Shown: one piece after another, positions 42,970 through 51,836 of the stretch
Numbering within the stretch: the stretch's first letter is position 1
How the letters are laid out: the number at the start of each line of letters is the position of its first letter
Translations under genes and position numbers: made by a program
The notes under the pieces: model-generated
The model's database searches: none
Told to the model about the DNA's origin: nothing
Seen by the model: only the letters and a program-made list of their open reading frames with translations
Origin: Gemmatimonadales bacterium
GTDB taxonomy: Bacteria > Gemmatimonadota > Gemmatimonadetes > Gemmatimonadales > GWC2-71-9
DNA length: 64,000 bases
Direction of reading: 5' to 3'
NCBI GenBank assembly: GCA_035693225.1
Contig: DASSGV010000009.1
Coordinates: forward strand, 16,527 to 80,526

Positions 42970-44761
42970 CCTGGGAGCGCTCGCCGCCGTCCTCCTCCTC
43001 TCCGTCGCGGCCGCGGTCTGGAGTTACCATCGGTGGGAACGCCTTGGCCGCCGGGGCTGGCCTCTCGCCGCCTGTCGCGCCGCGGCGCTCACCGCGCTCG
43101 GTGTCCTCCTGCTTGATCTCTCCTGCGGCATCCGCCCCGCATCCCGTGCCCCGCTCGTCCTCCTCGATGGATCGCTCAGCATGGCCGCCGCGGGCGGTCA
43201 GTGGTCGGTGGCCCGTGATTCGGCGCAGCGTTGGGGCACCGTCCGGACCTTCGGGGACGCGCGCACCGACGATCCGATGCCCGATCGCGGCACCTCGCAG
43301 CTCGGTCCCGCCCTGGCGGCGGCGGTGGGGACCGGACGCCCGATCGTCGTCGTGACCGACGGGGAGGTCGATGACGCGGCGGAACTGCCGGCCGATCTCC
43401 TCGCCAGCGCCAGCATCCGGGTCTTCCCGCGACGGCAGCTGCCGGACATTGCCGTGATGGCACTGACCGCACCGGAACGCGCCTCGCTCGATGACACGCT
43501 CGATGTAAGTGTTACCCTGGGTCGCTGGGGAGCGGCGCCCGATTCGGTACGGCTGACGCTCGCCGCCGACCGGCCCATCGCCGCGCGCACGATCCATTTC
43601 GGAGGGTCGGAGCAGCGCGAGGTCCGCTTCCGGGTGCCGGCCCGCCAGCTCGGCGCGGGGGATCCACTCCTGCGGGCGACGGTCCGATCGGGCGTGGATC
43701 CCGGATCCGGGGACGACGAGCGTTGGGCCCTGGTCCACGTGGCCACGACCCCGGGCATCGTGGTCCTGGCGGCACCACCCGATTGGGACAGCCGCCAGCT
43801 GGTCCGCACCCTGCGCGATGTCTCCGATCTGCCGGTCCGTGCCTTCGTCCGGATGGGCACGCGGTGGTGGACCGCCGATGCGTTGGCGCCGGTGCGCGAA
43901 TCCGAGGTGCGCGAGGCCGCCCGAAAGGCCGACCTCCTGGTCGTCAGGGGAGATCCCGGTCCCGCCTTCGATCGCTCGGCGGCACGCGCGCGGTGGCACT
44001 GGCCCAGCGGTACCACGGGGGCGCCACCCCTCCCGGGAGACTGGTACGTTTCGAGCGCCGCCCCGTCGCCGCTCGCCGGTGCCTGGACGGCGATCCCGGT
44101 GGACTCGCTGCCACCACTGGTCGAAGTGGAGCCGATCGAGCCCGTCGCTGGCGATTGGATCGGCTTGACGGCACGGAAGGGGCGCCGTGGGGAGGATCGC
44201 CCGGTCATCGTGGGGCGAACGTCGGGCGGACGCCGGGAACTGCTGGTGGTGGGGGATGGATTCTGGCGCTGGGCATTTTCCGGCGGAGCGAGCGAGGAGG
44301 TGTATCGTGGTCTCGTTGCCTCCGCGACGGCGTGGTCGCTCGGCGCCACCGACCCGCGCACCGGCGCCGCACGGCCGGTCCAACGCGTGGTGAGCCGCGG
44401 CGTGCCGGTGACATTCGAGTGGACGGCCCCCGACCGGCCGGCACCGCTCGCAGTCACCTGGACGGGCGACTCCATCCGCCGCACCGACACGCTGCACTTC
44501 GACGGAGCCCATCGCGCCAGCGTCCTGTTGCCGGTGGGCGCGTATCGGTATCGCCTGGCCGATGGCGGCAGCGGGGCGGTGGCGGTGGAACCCTGGTCGC
44601 GGGAGTTCATTCCGCACCCGCCGACCCTCACCGCGCGGCCGGCATCGGTCGCGGTGATCGGTACGCCACGCGCGGCGCGCGATCGGCTCTGGATCTTCGC
44701 GCTGGCACTCGCAGCATTCTCGGCGGAATGGGCGCTTCGGCGCCGCCGCGGGCTCAGGTGA
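42962..44761 (+). CDS. Membrane-anchored vWA-like domain protein (BatA/BatB-like architecture)
   Basis: GTG 42962 within frame 42812-44761. Two N-terminal TM helices (LAAVLLLSVAAAVW, AAALTALGVLLLDL). MIDAS-like PLVLLDGSLSM (DxSxS) and IVVVTDGEVDD. Long C-terminal region of unknown fold plus a terminal TM (LWIFALALAAFSAEWAL). Confidence 0.6.
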   Translation: MTDLGALAAVLLLSVAAAVWSYHRWERLGRRGWPLAACRAAALTALGVLLLDLSCGIRPASRAPLVLLDGSLSMAAAGGQWSVARDSAQRWGTVRTFGDARTDDPMPDRGTSQLGPALAAAVGTGRPIVVVTDGEVDDAAELPADLLASASIRVFPRRQLPDIAVMALTAPERASLDDTLDVSVTLGRWGAAPDSVRLTLAADRPIAARTIHFGGSEQREVRFRVPARQLGAGDPLLRATVRSGVDPGSGDDERWALVHVATTPGIVVLAAPPDWDSRQLVRTLRDVSDLPVRAFVRMGTRWWTADALAPVRESEVREAARKADLLVVRGDPGPAFDRSAARARWHWPSGTTGAPPLPGDWYVSSAAPSPLAGAWTAIPVDSLPPLVEVEPIEPVAGDWIGLTARKGRRGEDRPVIVGRTSGGRRELLVVGDGFWRWAFSGGASEEVYRGLVASATAWSLGATDPRTGAARPVQRVVSRGVPVTFEWTAPDRPAPLAVTWTGDSIRRTDTLHFDGAHRASVLLPVGAYRYRLADGGSGAVAVEPWSREFIPHPPTLTARPASVAVIGTPRAARDRLWIFALALAAFSAEWALRRRRGLR

Positions 44762-44762
44762 A

Positions 44763-45716
44763 ATGACCGACGGACGGATCACCAACGACGCGCGGCCGGG
44801 GCTCTGGGCCCGGATCAAGCGGATGGGTCGCACCGATGTCGGCGCACTCTTCCGCGGGCTCAACGCCGCCGACCTCCAGGCGCTCGAACAGGTGCTGCTT
44901 GAGGCCGACTTCGGCGTCCCCGCCACGCTCGACCTGGTCGAGTGGCTGGAGGCTGAGGTCCGTGCCGGTCGGCTCAAGACCGAGCCAGCCCTGCGGGAAG
45001 CGTTGCAGGGCAGGATCGCGGCGCTCCTGTCGACGTCGGGTGATCCCGGTCGGGTGGCCCGCGCCGATCCCCCCGGACCCACGGTCATCCTGGTGGCGGG
45101 GGTCAATGGCGCCGGCAAGACCACCACCATTGCCAAGCTCGCCACTCGGCTGGGAGGCGAAGGGCGGCGGGTGCTCCTTGCCGCCGCCGACACCTACCGC
45201 GCCGGAGCCGTGGCGCAGTTGGAGCGTTGGGCGGAGCGCATCGGCGTGCCGTGCGTGGCCGGCGCGCCCGGCGGCGATCCTGCCGCAGTGGCCTTCGACG
45301 CCATTGCGGCGGCGCGGGCGCGCGGTGCGGACACCGTGCTGGTGGACACCGCCGGGCGGCTGCACACCCAGGATGGGCTGATGGACGAGCTCACGAAGGT
45401 GGTGCGTGTCGTGTCCCGGCAAGGCAATGGTGCGCCCCACGAGACCTTCCTTGTCCTCGACGGCACGGTCGGGCAGAACGCCGTCCAGCAGGGGCGTCGG
45501 TTCGCCGAGGTGCTGACACCCACCGGCCTCATCGTGACCAAGCTCGACGGGACCGCGCGGGGCGGCGCCCTGGTGGCGTTGCGCCGTGAGCTTGCGGTGC
45601 CGATCCGTTTCATCGGCACCGGCGAAGGGGTCGAGGACCTGCAGCCGTTCGATCCGGCGGCATTCGCTGAGCGGATACTCGGCCGGGACAGCGACCCCAG
45701 CACCGCCACCTCCTGA
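44763..45716 (+). CDS. ftsY: Signal recognition particle receptor FtsY
   Basis: 317 aa. NG domain: VAGVNGAGKTTT, DTAGRLH, TKLDGTARGG, IGTGEG. Confidence 0.95.
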   Translation: MTDGRITNDARPGLWARIKRMGRTDVGALFRGLNAADLQALEQVLLEADFGVPATLDLVEWLEAEVRAGRLKTEPALREALQGRIAALLSTSGDPGRVARADPPGPTVILVAGVNGAGKTTTIAKLATRLGGEGRRVLLAAADTYRAGAVAQLERWAERIGVPCVAGAPGGDPAAVAFDAIAAARARGADTVLVDTAGRLHTQDGLMDELTKVVRVVSRQGNGAPHETFLVLDGTVGQNAVQQGRRFAEVLTPTGLIVTKLDGTARGGALVALRRELAVPIRFIGTGEGVEDLQPFDPAAFAERILGRDSDPSTATS

Positions 45717-47791
45717 TGCCGCCCCTCCGCCTCGATACGCCGATCAAGTTCCTGAAGGGAATCGGGGAGCGTCGGGCCGAGCTCCTCGGGAAGCTGGGCG
45801 TGGAGACCGCGCAGGATCTCCTCTGGCACCTGCCGCATCGGTACCTCGATGCGTCGACCATCACGCCGCTCGCGGCGGCGCGGGTCGGGGTGGAGTGCAG
45901 TTGCATCGGCCGGGTGGTGGCAAAGCGGATCGTGCCGATGCGCCGGCTCCGCGTCTTCCGGGCGGTGCTGCGGGATGAGAGCGGGCTCCTGGAATGCGCC
46001 TGGCCGGGCCAGCCCTTCCTCGATCGAAGCATTCGTGAGGGACAGACCCTCCTGGTGACCGGCCCGGTCCGCTTCTACCACGGCCGCCAGATGGTGCCGC
46101 GGGAGTTCCTGGTGTTGGGCGAAGGGGATGCCGATGGCGAGGAGGATGCGCCGACCGCAGGTGGGCGGGTGCTGCCGGTGTATCCCGCTACCGAGGGACT
46201 GAGCCATAAGGTCATCCGGGGGCTGATCGACCGGCATCTGGACGAGCTCATCGCGCTGGCGCGCGATCCCTTTCCACCGGCGTGGGCCCGCAGTCTTGAT
46301 CTGCCGGACCTTCCGGCCGCGCTCCGGGCGGTGCATCACCCGGCCACCATCGCCGAGGCCGAAGCGGGACGCCGGCGGCTGGCGTTCGACGAGCTCTTCG
46401 ACCTGCAGTTGACGCTCGCGCGGGCGCGGCTCCTTGCCAAGCGCTCACGGGCGGGGATCCGCTTCGAACCGCATCGGACCCTGACCACCCAGCTCCGGGA
46501 GACGCTGCCCTTCACCCTCACCGCCGGCCAGCGCGAGGCGGTGAAGGCGATCTTTGCAGACATGGCGGCGCCGGAGCGGATGCATCGACTCCTGATGGGC
46601 GATGTCGGCACCGGCAAGACCGTGGTGGCGCTCTTCGCGATGCTCCTGGCGGTGGAGAATGGCCACCAGGCGGCGCTGATGGCGCCGACCGAGCTCCTCG
46701 CGGAACAGCACGCCGAGACCCTTCGAACACTCCTGGCGCCCCTGGGGCTCGCACCGGAACTTCTGCTCGGACGTCACTCTCCGGCAGAGAAGAGTGCCAT
46801 CCGCGCTCGCCTGGCCTCGGGGGCGGCGCCGATCGTGGTCGGCACTCACGCCCTCCTGCAGGACCGGGTGGGGTTCGCCAAGCTCGGCTTGGTCGTGATC
46901 GACGAACAGCATCGGTTCGGCGTCGACCAGCGAGCGGCGCTGATCGGGAAGGGGGCCGCACCGGACGTGCTGCTCCTGACGGCGACGCCGATCCCCCGGT
47001 CGCTGGCGCTCACCGTCTACGGCGACCTCGACCAGTCGGTGCTCCGGGAACGTCCCCCGGGACGCGGCAGCATCAGGACCCTCGTCCGGACCGGCACCGG
47101 TCGGGACAAGGTGTTCGACTTCGTTCGGGCAGAGGCCCGGGCGGGGCGACAGGGCTATGTGGTGCTGCCGATCATCGCGGAGTCGGAGAAGGCCGACCTG
47201 CGGGCGGCCACGACGATGGCCGAGGCGCTCCAGGCGCGCTGGCCCGATGTGACCGTCGGGCTGGTGCACGGGAGGCTCAAGCCCGATGAACGTGACGGCG
47301 TGATGCGGGAGTTCCGGGCCGGGCGGGTGCAGGTGCTCGTATCGACCACCGTCATCGAGGTCGGGATCGACGTCCCCGCCGCCACCGTGATGGTCATCGA
47401 GCATCCGGAGCGGTTCGGGTTGGCGCAGTTGCATCAGTTGCGGGGTCGGGTAGGGCGAGGGGGCAACGACAGTCAGTGCATCCTGCTCGTCGATGGAAGG
47501 ATCCCGGAGCGGCTCAAGGCCTTCGCCGTCACCGACGACGGCTTCCGCATCGCCGAGCTCGACCTGGCGGAGCGGGGAATGGGCGACCTCATCGGGCAGC
47601 GGCAGTCGGGGACGTTCGAGATCCGCCACGCCCGCCTTCCCGACGACCAGGACCTCCTGACGCGGGCACGGGAACTGGCCCGGGAGGTGGTGGCCGCCGA
47701 CCCGGCGCTGGAGCGTCCCGCGAGCGCCGCGATCCGGGCGCGGGCGGTGCTACGGTACCCGAGGGCGGTGGAGCTGTTCCGGGTCGGGTAG
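45716..47791 (+). CDS. recG: ATP-dependent DNA helicase RecG
   Basis: 691 aa. Wedge/OB N-terminus. GDVGTGKTVVA (Walker A), DEQHRFG (DEAH-type), TATPIPRS, QLHQLRGRVGRG. Confidence 0.95.
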   Translation: MPPLRLDTPIKFLKGIGERRAELLGKLGVETAQDLLWHLPHRYLDASTITPLAAARVGVECSCIGRVVAKRIVPMRRLRVFRAVLRDESGLLECAWPGQPFLDRSIREGQTLLVTGPVRFYHGRQMVPREFLVLGEGDADGEEDAPTAGGRVLPVYPATEGLSHKVIRGLIDRHLDELIALARDPFPPAWARSLDLPDLPAALRAVHHPATIAEAEAGRRRLAFDELFDLQLTLARARLLAKRSRAGIRFEPHRTLTTQLRETLPFTLTAGQREAVKAIFADMAAPERMHRLLMGDVGTGKTVVALFAMLLAVENGHQAALMAPTELLAEQHAETLRTLLAPLGLAPELLLGRHSPAEKSAIRARLASGAAPIVVGTHALLQDRVGFAKLGLVVIDEQHRFGVDQRAALIGKGAAPDVLLLTATPIPRSLALTVYGDLDQSVLRERPPGRGSIRTLVRTGTGRDKVFDFVRAEARAGRQGYVVLPIIAESEKADLRAATTMAEALQARWPDVTVGLVHGRLKPDERDGVMREFRAGRVQVLVSTTVIEVGIDVPAATVMVIEHPERFGLAQLHQLRGRVGRGGNDSQCILLVDGRIPERLKAFAVTDDGFRIAELDLAERGMGDLIGQRQSGTFEIRHARLPDDQDLLTRARELAREVVAADPALERPASAAIRARAVLRYPRAVELFRVG

Positions 47792-47810
47792 GAGGAGAGG
47801 ATAAGAAGAG

Positions 47811-47854
47811 GGGAGGGAGAAGAAGGCCCTCGGTTTTCCCATCATCTCCTTCCC
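47811..47854 (+). terminator. Imperfect stem-loop 20 nt downstream of the recG stop (possible terminator)
   Basis: GGGAGGGAGAAGAAGG (47811-47826) can pair with CCATCATCTCCTTCCC (47839-47854). 13 Watson-Crick pairs plus 1 G-U over 16 positions, 12-nt loop. No 3' U-tract. Confidence 0.3.
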
Positions 47855-47934
47855 GAGCGGAGCGCCTGCCCTGAGCCTGCCGAAGGGAGGGACCTGTTCA
47901 GGCGAATGTGATGACCGATGCCGATCTTCTGGTT

Positions 47935-47976
47935 CGCCACTCGCCACTCGCCACTCGCCACTCGCCACTCGGCACT
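47935..47976 (+). repeat. Heptanucleotide microsatellite (CGCCACT)x6, one variant unit CGGCACT
   Basis: Read directly: cgccact cgccact cgccact cgccact cggcact cgccact. Intergenic, 51 nt upstream of the ATG of the methyltransferase gene (48027). Confidence 0.95.
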
Positions 47977-48026
47977 CGCCACTCGGGTGGTGGCGCCCCG
48001 GCCCCGACCGCCGTACCCTTCCGCCC

Positions 48027-48926
48027 ATGCCCGCCGTCCCCCGCTCTGACCGTGCCGCCGTCGTCCGGCCGCCGTACCGTCCCGCCCACTGGGAAGAGGT
48101 GCCCTGTCCCTTCTGCGGGTCGCGGTCGTTTGTACCGTACGATCGTTTCGGACACGAACTGCAGTACACCTATGTGCTCTGCCGAGACTGCCAGCTGGTG
48201 TACCAGTCGCCGCGGCCCCGGTTCGACGCCGATTTCCTCCAGGCGGCGTACGGCGACTATTTCGCCTTCGAGGACGGATTCAAGCTGAGCGACACCGTCG
48301 GCGGGCGGGAATATCGCGCCTGGCAGGACGAGGTGGCGGAGATCCTGGAATTCGACCAAGCCCACACCGCACTGCTCGATGTCGGCGCCTGCATGGGCGA
48401 ATTCCTGTATGTAGCGCGGGAGCACTACCAGCAGGTCGCCGGGGTCGAGGTATCGACCAAGATGGCGGCGTTCACCCGCGACGCTCTCGGGATCGAGGTG
48501 TGGCAGGACACCTTCGATCAGGTGACCACCACCCAGCGGTTCTCCTGCATCCACCTGAGCCACGTGCTGGAGCACATCCCGAACCCGGCGGTGTGGCTGG
48601 CCAAGGCACGGGAGCTGCTACAACCCGGCGGCGTGATCGTGATCAACGTGCCGCATATGTTCTCGCTCGACCGGAGGGTCAAGCGATTCCTCAAGGGGAT
48701 CGGTCTCCGGAGCGGTCGGTGGACCGAGGCGTGGCGGACACCGGACCACCTCTTCGAGCCGACGATCCCCGCAATGCTCCGGTTCCTCGATGCCCAGGGG
48801 TTCGACGTCCTGTCCTACTACACCTACAGCCGCAGTGATGCGGCGGCACGCACCCTCTGGGGCCGCATCTACCGTCGCCACCTCAAGCTCGGCTCGAATC
48901 TCCGCTTCTACATCCGACCCCGCTGA
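48027..48926 (+). CDS. Class I SAM-dependent methyltransferase with N-terminal Cys4 ribbon
   Basis: 299 aa. CPFCGS...(19 aa)...CRDC zinc-ribbon-like. SAM motif I LLDVGACMGEF. Post-I/II elements (CIHLSHVLEHIPNP, LLQPGGVIVINVP). Confidence 0.8.
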   Translation: MPAVPRSDRAAVVRPPYRPAHWEEVPCPFCGSRSFVPYDRFGHELQYTYVLCRDCQLVYQSPRPRFDADFLQAAYGDYFAFEDGFKLSDTVGGREYRAWQDEVAEILEFDQAHTALLDVGACMGEFLYVAREHYQQVAGVEVSTKMAAFTRDALGIEVWQDTFDQVTTTQRFSCIHLSHVLEHIPNPAVWLAKARELLQPGGVIVINVPHMFSLDRRVKRFLKGIGLRSGRWTEAWRTPDHLFEPTIPAMLRFLDAQGFDVLSYYTYSRSDAAARTLWGRIYRRHLKLGSNLRFYIRPR

Positions 48927-48936
48927 CCGGTCCAGG

Positions 48937-49401
48937 TCAGAACCGCACCGATGCGCCGATCTCCAGCCGGTCCTGATGCTGCTCCACCAGCGGTGCGAAG
49001 GGGATGTTCCCCGGCGGGCCGCTCGGGCGTGTGAGCTCCCAGATGATCCCCGCCGCCGCACTCAGGAAGAGCGCCTCGCCCCCGAAGAGCCAGTGCCCCG
49101 CGCGGCGGTCGTGGGTCAGTGAGGACTGGTAGTAACCCTCTGATACGGGATCGAGATAGTGCCCGTTAGGGCCGGTGTCGCAGCGGGTCTGGTCATCGAA
49201 GCAGTAGTCGCTCAGGGCATTGTAGGCCCGATCGGCGTCGGCGTGTTCCCCCTGGGCCAGGAGTCCGAACGCGATCGACGTCCCCAACGCGATCCACTTG
49301 CCGTACTTGATCAATGGCGGCGATGTCCGGATGGGTGCCTGTCCCTGGAGCGCCGGTGCACCAGGACCGAGCACGCCCAGTACCAGCAGGGCGACCAGCA
49401 T
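48937..49401 (-). CDS. Small secreted/outer-membrane-associated hypothetical protein
   Basis: 154 aa from ATG 49401 (an in-frame GTG at 49416 is also possible). Signal peptide MLVALLVLGVLGPGAPALQGQA. Ends in aromatic ...GASVRF. The ORF track shows an over-extended 352-aa frame. Confidence 0.55.
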   Translation of the reverse strand: MLVALLVLGVLGPGAPALQGQAPIRTSPPLIKYGKWIALGTSIAFGLLAQGEHADADRAYNALSDYCFDDQTRCDTGPNGHYLDPVSEGYYQSSLTHDRRAGHWLFGGEALFLSAAAGIIWELTRPSGPPGNIPFAPLVEQHQDRLEIGASVRF

Positions 49402-49412
49402 CGGAGACCGGT

Positions 49413-50498
49413 TCACCGCAGCACCATACGGTGGATATCGCCGCGACCGCCGACGATGATGATGCCGTCGGGGAGCGCGATCGGCGTTTCGACGAGCGGA
49501 CGCCCCACCGCCACCCGCCACGCTTCCACGCCATCGGCGCCCAGGGCGCGGAGGGTGCCGTCGGCCATCCCCACCAGGACCCAGGAGCGCCACGGCGTCG
49601 GCGGTGCGCTCACCGGATCGGCGAACTCGGCAAATCGCTCGACCTTGGGGTCCTGCATCGGGATCCGATATATGCTCCCGGTCTGTGTCACGATCCAGAG
49701 GGTATCGCCGAAGACCGCAGGCGGGACGAGGACCGGGCCATCGACGTGCAGGTGCCACGCGATGCTGAGGTCCCCAGGGCGGATGGCGGAGACGTCGCCG
49801 GTGCCGGCGGCCAGGACGAGCAGGGGATCGGCTCGGACCCACGACGCCGACGCCGAACCGCTCGTCGGCACGGCTGCGATCACTTTCCCGTCCGCGAGGG
49901 AAAGGCGATAGATGCTGTCGCTGGTGAGGGCCACCAACTCGCCTGGGGCGCCCAGCTGGGCAGGTGCCACCAGCGGGGCCATCCGGCGGGTCCATCGCCG
50001 GTCGCCGTTGGCCCGGTCGAGAGCCAGGACGCTCCCGGTGCTCGGCGCGGCGATGACCAGCGAGTCGGTGAGCAGCAGCGGCAAGGCGATCCGACCGGTA
50101 TGGCGGCGGCGCCAGACCACGGCGCCAGACGCCCGACGCATCGCCTGCACCGATCCGTCGGGACGGTCGCTGGCGGAAAAGATGGTGTCGCCGGTCCCGA
50201 CGACCCCGGCGGACGCCCCACCGTTGAGTCGGAGTTCCCAGACCTTGCTGCCGCGCGACAATTCCACCGCGACGACCCGGCGGTCATAGCCCGCCCCGAT
50301 CAGCGTGTCATTCCGCAGGAGCATCGGACCCAGGAACCCCTGGTTGACCCGTGCCAGCCAGCGCTGGGTGAGGGGCGCGGCGTGGGTCGAGTCAGCCGCG
50401 AGGGGCGCGTCGGGGATCGGGCGCACGTAGGCACAGGCCGCGTTGACCAGTCCTGCGCCCACGGCTACACTCCACGCTCGTCGCAGTGCTCGTCCCAT
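49413..50498 (-). CDS. PQQ-like beta-propeller repeat protein (BamB-like)
   Basis: 361 aa from ATG 50498 within the over-extended frame 49413-51701. Lipobox-like LVNAAC. Repeated ...G.V.AL....G...W blocks (VVAVELSRGSKVWE, SVLALDRANGDRRWT, TLRALGADGVEAWR). Confidence 0.65.
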   Translation of the reverse strand: MGRALRRAWSVAVGAGLVNAACAYVRPIPDAPLAADSTHAAPLTQRWLARVNQGFLGPMLLRNDTLIGAGYDRRVVAVELSRGSKVWELRLNGGASAGVVGTGDTIFSASDRPDGSVQAMRRASGAVVWRRRHTGRIALPLLLTDSLVIAAPSTGSVLALDRANGDRRWTRRMAPLVAPAQLGAPGELVALTSDSIYRLSLADGKVIAAVPTSGSASASWVRADPLLVLAAGTGDVSAIRPGDLSIAWHLHVDGPVLVPPAVFGDTLWIVTQTGSIYRIPMQDPKVERFAEFADPVSAPPTPWRSWVLVGMADGTLRALGADGVEAWRVAVGRPLVETPIALPDGIIIVGGRGDIHRMVLR

Positions 50499-50513
50499 TC
50501 CACGGATCCCTCG

Positions 50514-51809
50514 ATGGCGGCAGTGACCATCTCCGAGCTCGGCGGCCACGTCGGCGAGTCGGTGACCGTCCGCGGTTGGGCCATGACCACGCGGTCGAGC
50601 GGCAAGATCGCGTTCCTCGTGCTGCGCGACGGCACCGGGTACCTGCAGGCAGTCTTCAGCCGCAAGGAGGTGTCGGACGCGGTCTGGGATGCCTTCCAGC
50701 GACTGACCCAGGAGACCTCCCTCGCGGTGACCGGCACGGTGCGGGCGGAGCCCCGCTCGCCGGGTGGGTTCGAGCTCACGGCCACGGACCTGACGCTGAT
50801 CGGGCCGAGCGCCGACTTTCCCATCTCCCCTAAGGAGCATGGGACGAGTTTCCTCTTCGAACATAGACATCTCTGGCTCCGGAGCCGCCGCCAGGTGGCC
50901 ATCGCCCGGGTCCGCCACGAGGTGGTGCAGGCCATCCGGGACTTCTTCTACGAGCGCGGATTCACCCTCGTCGACACCCCGATCCTGACCGGGTCGATCG
51001 GCGAGCAGGCCGGCGAACTCTTTGCCACCGACTACTTCGATCTCGGAAAGGCGTACCTGGCCCAGACCGGCCAGCTCTACGGCGAGGCGGCGGCAGCGGC
51101 CCTGGGGAAGATCTACTGCTTCGGTCCTACGTTCCGGGCGGAGAAGTCGAAGACCCGCCGTCACCTGACCGAGTTCTGGATGGTGGAGCCGGAGGTGGCC
51201 TGGAACGACTCCGCCGCCAACATGCGGCTCCAGGAGGAATTCGTCGCGTACATCGTGGCCCGGGCGCTCGACCGTGCGCGCGAGCCGCTCAAGGAGCTCG
51301 AGCGCGACACGGCACCGCTCGAACGCGCCACGGCGCCCTTCCACCGCATCTCCTACACCGACGCCGTCGCCAAGCTCAACGCCCTCGGCTCCGACATCAC
51401 CTGGGGGCACGACCTGGGCGGAGACGACGAGACACTTCTCACCAAACAGTTCGACCGACCGGTCTTCGTCTTCAACTACCCGAAGGCCATCAAGGCCTTC
51501 TATATGAAGGAGAACCCCGAGGATCCGCGGACCGTCCTCTGTGATGACTGCCTGGCCCCTGAGGGGTACGGGGAGATCATCGGAGGTTCGCAGCGGGAGG
51601 ACGATTACGACCGGCTCCTGGCGCGGATCACCGCGCAGGGGCTCGATCCCGCCGCCTACGGCTGGTACCTCGATCTCCGGAAGTACGGCACCTTCGTGCA
51701 CTCAGGGTTCGGGCTCGGCCTTGAACGGACTGTCGCGTGGATCTGCGGGAATCCGCATATCCGCGAGAGCATCGCATTCCCGAGACAGATCCATCGGCTG
51801 TACCCGTAG
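50514..51809 (+). CDS. asnS: Asparaginyl-tRNA synthetase
   Basis: ATG 50514 within the over-extended frame 49314-51809. OB-fold N-terminus (VTVRGWAMTTRSSGKIAFLVLRDGTGYLQ). Class II motifs FRAEKSKTRRHLTEFWMVEPE, GYGEIIGGSQRE, GFGLGLERTVAWI. Confidence 0.95.
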   Translation: MAAVTISELGGHVGESVTVRGWAMTTRSSGKIAFLVLRDGTGYLQAVFSRKEVSDAVWDAFQRLTQETSLAVTGTVRAEPRSPGGFELTATDLTLIGPSADFPISPKEHGTSFLFEHRHLWLRSRRQVAIARVRHEVVQAIRDFFYERGFTLVDTPILTGSIGEQAGELFATDYFDLGKAYLAQTGQLYGEAAAAALGKIYCFGPTFRAEKSKTRRHLTEFWMVEPEVAWNDSAANMRLQEEFVAYIVARALDRAREPLKELERDTAPLERATAPFHRISYTDAVAKLNALGSDITWGHDLGGDDETLLTKQFDRPVFVFNYPKAIKAFYMKENPEDPRTVLCDDCLAPEGYGEIIGGSQREDDYDRLLARITAQGLDPAAYGWYLDLRKYGTFVHSGFGLGLERTVAWICGNPHIRESIAFPRQIHRLYP

Positions 51810-51810
51810 G

Positions 51811-51831
51811 GTGGCGAGTGGCGAGTGGCGC
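51811..51831 (+). repeat. Heptanucleotide repeat (GTGGCGA)x3, the reverse complement/rotation of the CGCCACT array at 47935
   Basis: Read directly: gtggcga gtggcga gtggcgc. Begins 2 nt after the asnS stop. Confidence 0.9.
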
Positions 51832-51836
51832 GTCGG

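Noticed and set aside
47792-47830. Purine-rich run after recG as a homolog of the mazG EEMRRG repeat, implying a shared mobile sequence
   Set aside because: There is only an 11-mer identity within low-complexity GA-rich sequence, which chance similarity explains. The run is more simply explained as the 5' arm of the recG-distal stem-loop.
47935-47976. CRISPR array or coding repeat
   Set aside because: The units are 7 nt and directly tandem with no spacers. The region is intergenic. The overlapping ORFs (47908-48288 + and 47750-48169 -) translate to repeat-driven nonsense (SPLATRH..., ASGEWRV...).
49314-51809. 831-aa extended ORF as the asnS gene model
   Set aside because: AsnRS homology begins at the internal ATG 50514. 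The upstream 400 codons overlap the convincing - strand BamB-like and small secreted protein genes and are low-complexity.
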